This document shows positions 8,766 to 14,349 of a stretch of 14,349 nucleotides of DNA, piece after piece (the first letter of the stretch is position 1; every line of letters begins with the position of its first letter). Below the pieces are notes generated by a model that saw only the letters and a program-made list of their open reading frames with translations, searched no databases and was not told where the DNA came from. The stretch lies in NCBI GenBank assembly GCA_016748015.1, contig JAAOMT010000496.1:119426-133774 (forward strand). The letters are read 5' to 3'. This DNA is from Geosiphon pyriformis uo1. Its lineage: Eukaryota > Fungi > Glomeromycota. Both the position numbers and the translations under genes were made by a program.

Positions 8766-11700
8766 CAGATTTTGTTTGGAAGATTGCTATGTGTAACGTT
8801 TATGGGATGAACAATCTTGCCAAGCAGGATAATGTTATTCATTGGCACAAAGACATAGACAATTTGATTTCTATTTTTACTGAATCAAAATTAAAAGAGA
8901 AGATTCACCCCTGGATTGTCAATAGGTTTGATGGTGTGCAGGTGTTTACTTCTGGTTTGGACTCTGGTTATCTGAGTGCTGGTGTGGCTGTTGTCATAAA
9001 CAATTCTTTGGTGAAACACATTTGCAAAGTTTCTAAGGTGCCTGGCCAGCTCATTTCCATTAGGCTGCTTTTCAGAAACAAGCTTTTAGTTTCAATTTTG
9101 GGGCTTTATGCTGGTGCCTCTTCGGTGATCAGGTTTTCTCAAGCTGGTAATATCAACTCTCTAATTGCCAAGGCTGTGAATAACTTGTTTTTTATTATTC
9201 TTGGTGGTGATTTTAACAAAAACAGGTCTCATAAGTGTGCTAGTTATAAAAAATGCTTTGATTTGAATTTGGTGAATTCTTTAAATGGGAGTCCTGTTGC
9301 AAAGGCACTTACTTGGAGTAATTCTTGTGGTGTGTTAAAAACAATTAATTATTTGTTCATTTTTTCAAATCTGATTAATACAATTGTGAATTGTAATGTG
9401 GTTGATGTCATGGACCATTTTGATACTGATCACAAGACTGTCTCTGTCTCTGTGGATTTAGGTGGCTTGCTTGATGTTTATCTGATTTCATTGCACAAAC
9501 AAATGAATAAAGATCATTGGAAATTTAATATTAAAAACACAAATAATACTAAATGATATGTGTTTCAAGCATCTACAGCAGCCAATGCTGTGATGTTTTC
9601 AAATGAGTTCTCTTCGGCCAGTAAATTTTTGGATTTGGATACTATGTGAGACATTATTTGCAAGATTATGGTTCTCTCAGCAGATGGAACATTCAAGAAA
9701 AAATGGTTTAAGAGTTTTAATAGTGTTTTTACCAAGGTATTCTCTAGGTTTCATAAGCTGGGATTGCTGGTATCTAAATTGGTCAAAACCTCACATTCAG
9801 TTTCTAGTGATGATTTTGTTTCTTTGCTCAAGGTGTGGGACAGACTCGATTTCACTGGTGTGTCAGCAGTAAAGTTCTTTTTACTTTTAGGTTCTAATTT
9901 TGATGTCATTCGCTCTGTACTGGCCAAAGCAAAAAAGTTGTACTGCTCTTCTAAGTTGTTGGAATCCAAACACACTGAGGAATCATCTATCAAGTAAGCC
10001 ATTAATAAAAAGATGGAGAGTTTTGAGCTGGACAAAGGCCACACTATCAAAAGTGTGTTGGAGCGTTCTTTCTGCAAAGTGGTCTTAGATCATCTTGTTG
10101 TGGGGAATGAGTTGATTTTGGAACCTGATTTGGTCAAGCCTAAGGTGGATGAGATCATGAAAGGGTGGACCAGGAAACGCAGGGTGGTATCTGATGTTTC
10201 TGACAATTGGGTCTGCCAATATTAGCCTCTGAATTACGTGTTTGATGGTGCTTTTTCTGGGGTTATGTGTTCTATTAGTTTTGATGAGATGTCTGTCATT
10301 GTCAAGGAGCTTTCTGATGGAAAAGCTGCTGGACTTTCTGGCATCTCTAATGAATTGTGGAAACAATATGACAAATCAGTTTTGGATATGCTTCTGGTGC
10401 TTTTGAATTTTTGCTTGGTTGGTGAATTGGTTCCTGGACCTTGGAGGGAAGCTTGGGTCTTGATGATCTCGAAACCTTATAAATGAGAGGGAGTTCTCAC
10501 GAACACCTGTCCTATTGCTTTGATTGAAATGGTCTGCAAGATTCTTTCCAAGGTTCTTTCGGATAGGATTTCCTCAGCTTGCAGTATGTTTGATGTTCTT
10601 CATGGGAACAATTTTTCTGTTCTAAAGAGTATGACGACACAGTTCCCCATTTTCACTATTAGTTCTGTTGTTGAAGATGCCTTGGAGAAGAACCAAGAAC
10701 TCTGGTTGGTTTTGCAAGACATGCACAAGACTTATGACTCAGTTGATTGGGAACATCTCAGGAAGAGTTTGGTCAGAATTAAAATGTGTGACAAGTTTAA
10801 AAGGTTTTTTGGTGATATTCACAATAGGCACGTCAATAGGGTGATGACAGATTTTGGCTTGACTGATAGGTACCATGTTCATCTCTTCTTTGGTGCATCT
10901 TCTATGATTTGCTTTTGTGTGAAGTCAAGAGGCAGAAGAGTGTGTGTAAATACAAATTGAATTCCCATTTTATATCTAAAACTGGCCAAACAAATTCTTA
11001 GGCCAGGTTGACATCATTTTTTGCCACTGGTGCTTTTGTCGACAATATGATTTGGGTTGGTAGCAGCCAGGCTATTACACAACACATCCTTGATGTTACT
11101 AGTGAGTTTTTTAGATTTAATGACATTTCAATAAATAATGACAAGATGGTGGCCATCCCTATCAACTGCCAGGTTGCAAACCTTTATCTGACTATCAGTG
11201 GCTTACCTATTTTTATTGCCAAAAAAGGGGAATATTATCATTATCTGGGTATTTATTTGTCAACTGAGACATTGTCGAGGCCTAGCCTGGTCAAAGTTTA
11301 CTCGGATGTTTAGTTTTTTGCTAATTTTGTTTTGAAAAAAGTGGTTTTAGATAAACTGTTTGCATATTTGGTGTCTGCTATACTTTTTCTGATTGTCTGC
11401 TACAGGATGCAGTTCAGTTATATTCCTTTAAGTGTGTGCAATAAGTGGAATGCCATGATTTGCAAAGGCTTGAAGTCTAAGACTAGCCTTCCACTTAACT
11501 TCCCAAATGATGTACTTTATCATCCCTCTTTGTATGGTCTGAGAACTTTCGAACAAATTCAAACTGAGAGCAAATCAGTTTCTGTTGGGTTATTGGGTCA
11601 CTTATTCTTTCACAGGTCTTATGACCTTCAGGTTCTCAGTTGGTGTCCCCATCATCTTTTGCAATTTCCAGTTCATATTAAGATCTGTTCTACAAATAAT

Positions 11701-13403
11701 TTTTTGGCTGGGGTGGTCTGTATCCTTTCTGGATGTAATTTGTCTCTTGGTGGTTCTTTTCCTAGTGCTTTTTGTTTTCATGGAGGGTCTCTTATGTCTC
11801 TTGTTCTTGGTGAGCATTGCTTTTCTAAGTATGTTTCTTCACTCTACCACTATAGTGTTGCTTTTATGGAGCAGTTACGTGACCAGACCAGTGCCGTTTT
11901 TAGTTGGAATATCTTCAAGTGCTGGAAAAGACTGGACTCCTATGGCCCAGTTCTTCTCGGTTTGATCTCTCTATACAATTTCTCAGTGGTGTTGTTTCTT
12001 CTTCTTTTGTTTGCCTTCCCTCTGTGAATGGTCATGCTCTTTTTAATGTTCTTCAATCACACAATTTTGGTGTTGTTTGTGATGCTCTGTTAAACATTAA
12101 TGCTGCTGTTAGTCTTTCTGTGTATACAGATAGGTCTCTAAGTGGTTTGGGTACTGTTAGTATGAAGGCTGGTGCTGCTGCTTTTTTTGAGGACATTCAT
12201 TTAGGTTTGGGTGTAAGGGTGTCTGGCATAGTTTCCTCAATGCTGGTGGAATTACAGGCCATTGTTTTGGCACTTGAGTGTATTCCTCCTTTTCGTTCAG
12301 TTGACTTATTCTCAGACAGCCAAGCAGCTTTGGACACATGTGAGTCTAAGTCTTTGTTAATTCATCTTGATTTCAGGAATCAGTACTGGATTGAGTGTTA
12401 TCACATTATTGATGCTATTCAGAATAAAAATTTGAATGTAAATTGGGTCAAAATTAAGGGTCATTCAGGTGTCTTAAGCAATGAGCAAGCCGATGCACTT
12501 ACTAAGACAGCAGCTTCCTCTTCTTGGTAGCTACCTCATAAGATTGGTGAGTGTTTTTTAAGAGGTGGTAGTTCTGTGGTTTCTGGTAATTCGAGACACT
12601 TTGTTCATAATGTTTTTTGGTCTATTAACCGAATGCATTGGGAGGTTGGCTCTGGTTCCTGGGTTGTGGTTGGTAGTTTATGTGGTGATATCAATTGGTC
12701 CAGATCTTCTTTGATGTGGCACCCCAATTCTCACATGGCTGCTGGTTCTACTAGTGCACAAACAGCTGGCCTTCGGACTTACTTTATAAAAGCTCTGCAC
12801 CACCAACTCTCTATGGTTGTGTGTAAGTGTCTGTATGATAGACATTATCCCAGTGTGGCGTGTTTATTTTGTGACAATGTTGAGGTTTCTGATCATGTTT
12901 TTTTCTGCTCTTTTGATGTTGTTGGTCGTTCTCGTTTGATGAATACTTTTGCAGTGACTTGGAAGACTTGTTCTGGTTTATCTTGCTCCTCCTCTTGTGT
13001 TTTGCAGTTGTTGTCTACTTACACATCTGACATTGTAACTGGTGCAGCTCTGTACAAGAGTTTTATTTTCAGGAATTGGTATCAAGAATCTGTTTTCACT
13101 TTTAAAAACCTTAAGGTGGTGGCTACTTATATGGTGAACTTTGTGTGCAATTTTTGTATTGCATTCTGGGATGATATTTGGCTGGTCTGTGTGAAACACC
13201 ATGCTGTTATAGAAAGAAACAGACTGATCCCACATGATGGTTCCATTCCTGTCTCTGTTTCTGGTTTTTCTGAGCAGCTTTCATCTGGTATTGTTAAGTT
13301 GTTGGGAGTTGCTGAAGTATTTGGTATTGGTTTTGGGTTTCATAAGTCCTGTTTGTTTTTCTCTGGTATTTGTAACAAGGTTATAGTTCATATAGGTGTC
13401 TAG
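8762..13403 (+). pseudogene. LINE ORF2 polyprotein (APE endonuclease, reverse transcriptase, RNase H, C-terminal CCHC finger; about 1550 codons), disrupted
   Basis: APE (about 8775-9450): KIAMCNVYG, TESK, GGDFN, TW, TINY, TDH. RT (about 10300-11260): KAAGLSG, CPIAL, LQDMHKTYDSVDW, AFVDN, SINNDK, YLGI. RNase H (about 12115-12510): VYTDRS, ELQAI, FSDSQAAL, KGHSG..NEQADAL. Finger: CLFCDNVEVSDHVFFC (about 12860-12910). Stops at 9554, 9647, 9995, 10223, 10484, 10999, 11311 and 12528; frameshifts at about 10883 and 11957. Confidence 0.93.
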
Positions 13404-13524
13404 TGTAGTCTTGACTGGTCTGAATGGCTGGTCATGTGTAGTAAGAGCATGATTCGTGCCTAGTTTAGATCATTTGAATGATGTATTGCACTAAGTAGCA
13501 TTTGGACTTCACTCATTAAACATT

Positions 13525-13541
13525 AATAAAAAAAAATATAT
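13525..13541 (+). other. LINE polyadenylation-like signal and A/TA tail
   Basis: cattAATAAAaaaaaa tatata lies directly before host repeat sequence resumes. Confidence 0.65.
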
Positions 13542-13670
13542 ATATAAAAAAATACTTTGGAAGAAAAATTAGCTTATTAAAAATTTATTGACTTTTATCA
13601 ACAATAAATTAATAGCAAAATAGTATTAATAACATTAAAAAAGAAATAAAAAAATCTTTAATAACAATGT
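13542..13670 (+). repeat. AT-rich repeat copy C, right part (resumes after the LINE)
   Basis: atataaaaaaatactttggaagaaaaattagcttattaaaaatttattgacttttatcaa matches the copy B reverse complement atataaaaaaatattttggaaaataaattagcttattagagatttattagttttcatcaa. It may extend weakly to about 13830. Confidence 0.8.
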
Positions 13671-13907
13671 TAATAAATTAAAAAAATATTTAAAGTATAT
13701 TAGACACAATTTTTTAATTTATATATATAAAAATTCTTAAAGTAAGACAAATTAATCATGTAATTAACTATTTTTAATAACAATATATAATATTAACTAA
13801 TAAAATTAATTTTAATTTTTATATAATAAATTTTGGTTAACAAAATTAATTCATTAATTTATATTAATAATATATAAAAATAAGCAAAAAAATATTTAAT
13901 TTTATTA

Positions 13908-14349
13908 TCGTGCACCATTACTTTGGAGTTGTTCTAAAAGTTATTCATGGCTTGCCAAAATTAGTGATAAAAAGAGGTACAATCACCTCCGAAATTAACG
14001 CCTGAATTTATTTTTTATACAATTTTAAATGTTTATTTGATTTATCCTAAACCTAACTTATATACATATAACTTTTTATATATATATAATTAATAGTGTG
14101 TTGGCCCTCCATTTGCTTCCAATACTGCTTCAATTCTTTGTGGCATTGACAACCCGTTTCAAAACTGACATATTATAACTTGACCATTCCTTCTTTAGAG
14201 CACTTTTAAGTTCCTCTATAGTTCTTGGAAAGTTTTCATGTTTTTGAATATTGTCCTTGATTATTTTCCACACATTTTTTATGGGTTTAGATCAGGAGAA
14301 CTGGCTGGCCAATCCAAAATCTCAATGGTTTTTCTTTGAACCATTTTTT
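13908..14349 (-). mobile_element. 3' part of a Tc1/mariner (IS630-Tc1-mariner) DNA transposon, truncated by the window edge
   Basis: Contains the transposase C-terminus at 14090-14349. The element end is tentatively placed where GC rises after a TA dinucleotide (13906-13907, then TCGTGCACCATTACTTTGGAG). The partner TIR would be outside the window. Confidence 0.6.
14090..14349 (-). pseudogene. Tc1-like DDE transposase C-terminus, frameshifted
   Basis: The minus strand reads KKWFKE / IEILDWPASSPDLNP / IKNVWKIIKDNIQKHENFPRTIEELKSALKKEWSSYNMSVLKRVV / SMPQRIEAVLEANGGPTHY* (TAA at 14092-14090). WP..SPDLNPIE..W and SMP.R...V....GG.T.Y are hallmark Tc1 motifs. Frame changes occur at about 14325, 14282 and 14150. 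Confidence 0.92.

Larger units (their letters stand above)
6829..13541 (+). mobile_element. Non-LTR retrotransposon (LINE; APE-RT-RNase H type), apparently full length, inactivated
   Basis: Contains two long disrupted ORFs and a ~125-nt 3' UTR. AATAAA at 13525-13530 runs into an A9/(TA)n tail. It is flanked by a probable TSD ATATAAAAAAA (6813-6823 and 13542-13552), with sharp composition boundaries on both sides. Confidence 0.95.

Noticed and set aside
7869-12530. Using the LINE's premature stops alone as proof of RIP
   Set aside because: Any stop codon is one transition away from a Gln, Trp or Arg codon, so the stops are uninformative without a consensus. Conserved-motif changes were used instead.
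7046-13235. Short minus-strand and alternate-frame ORFs inside the LINE
   Set aside because: Shadows of ORF1/ORF2 with no independent motifs.
8762-13403. Bacterial RT system (retron, DGR, group II intron) or LTR retrotransposon
   Set aside because: An N-terminal APE domain, an ORF1, an A tail, and the absence of LTRs, protease or integrase identify a eukaryotic LINE.
14046-14057. CCTAAACCTAAC telomere-like motif
   Set aside because: Only two imperfect units; not an array.

Overview
Eukaryotic, intron-containing, AT-rich DNA. The TKL-kinase plus Sel1 architecture and the ~70-80 nt introns suggest a Glomeromycotina/Mucoromycota fungus (inference). From left to right: (1) a 5-exon tyrosine-kinase-like kinase + Sel1-repeat pseudogene on the minus strand (1682 to beyond the left edge). 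(2) A ~5 kb extremely AT-rich tract (about 1850-6828) holding three degenerate copies of one repeat family; two of them form a long inverted pair. (3) An apparently full-length but mutationally dead ~6.7 kb non-LTR retrotransposon (about 6829-13541). Its ORF1 has RRM-like domains and a CCHC knuckle; its ORF2 has APE, RT, RNase H and a CCHC finger. It is inserted into the third repeat copy, so the empty site and a likely TSD can be reconstructed inside the window. (4) The C-terminal end of a frameshifted Tc1/mariner transposase at the right edge. The most notable signals are C>T/G>A damage concentrated in the repeats (often in CpA/TpG context, RIP-like), an inferred ATGA stop/start overlap between ORF1 and ORF2, and the nested insertion. 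No intact gene and no clearly new protein system is visible.
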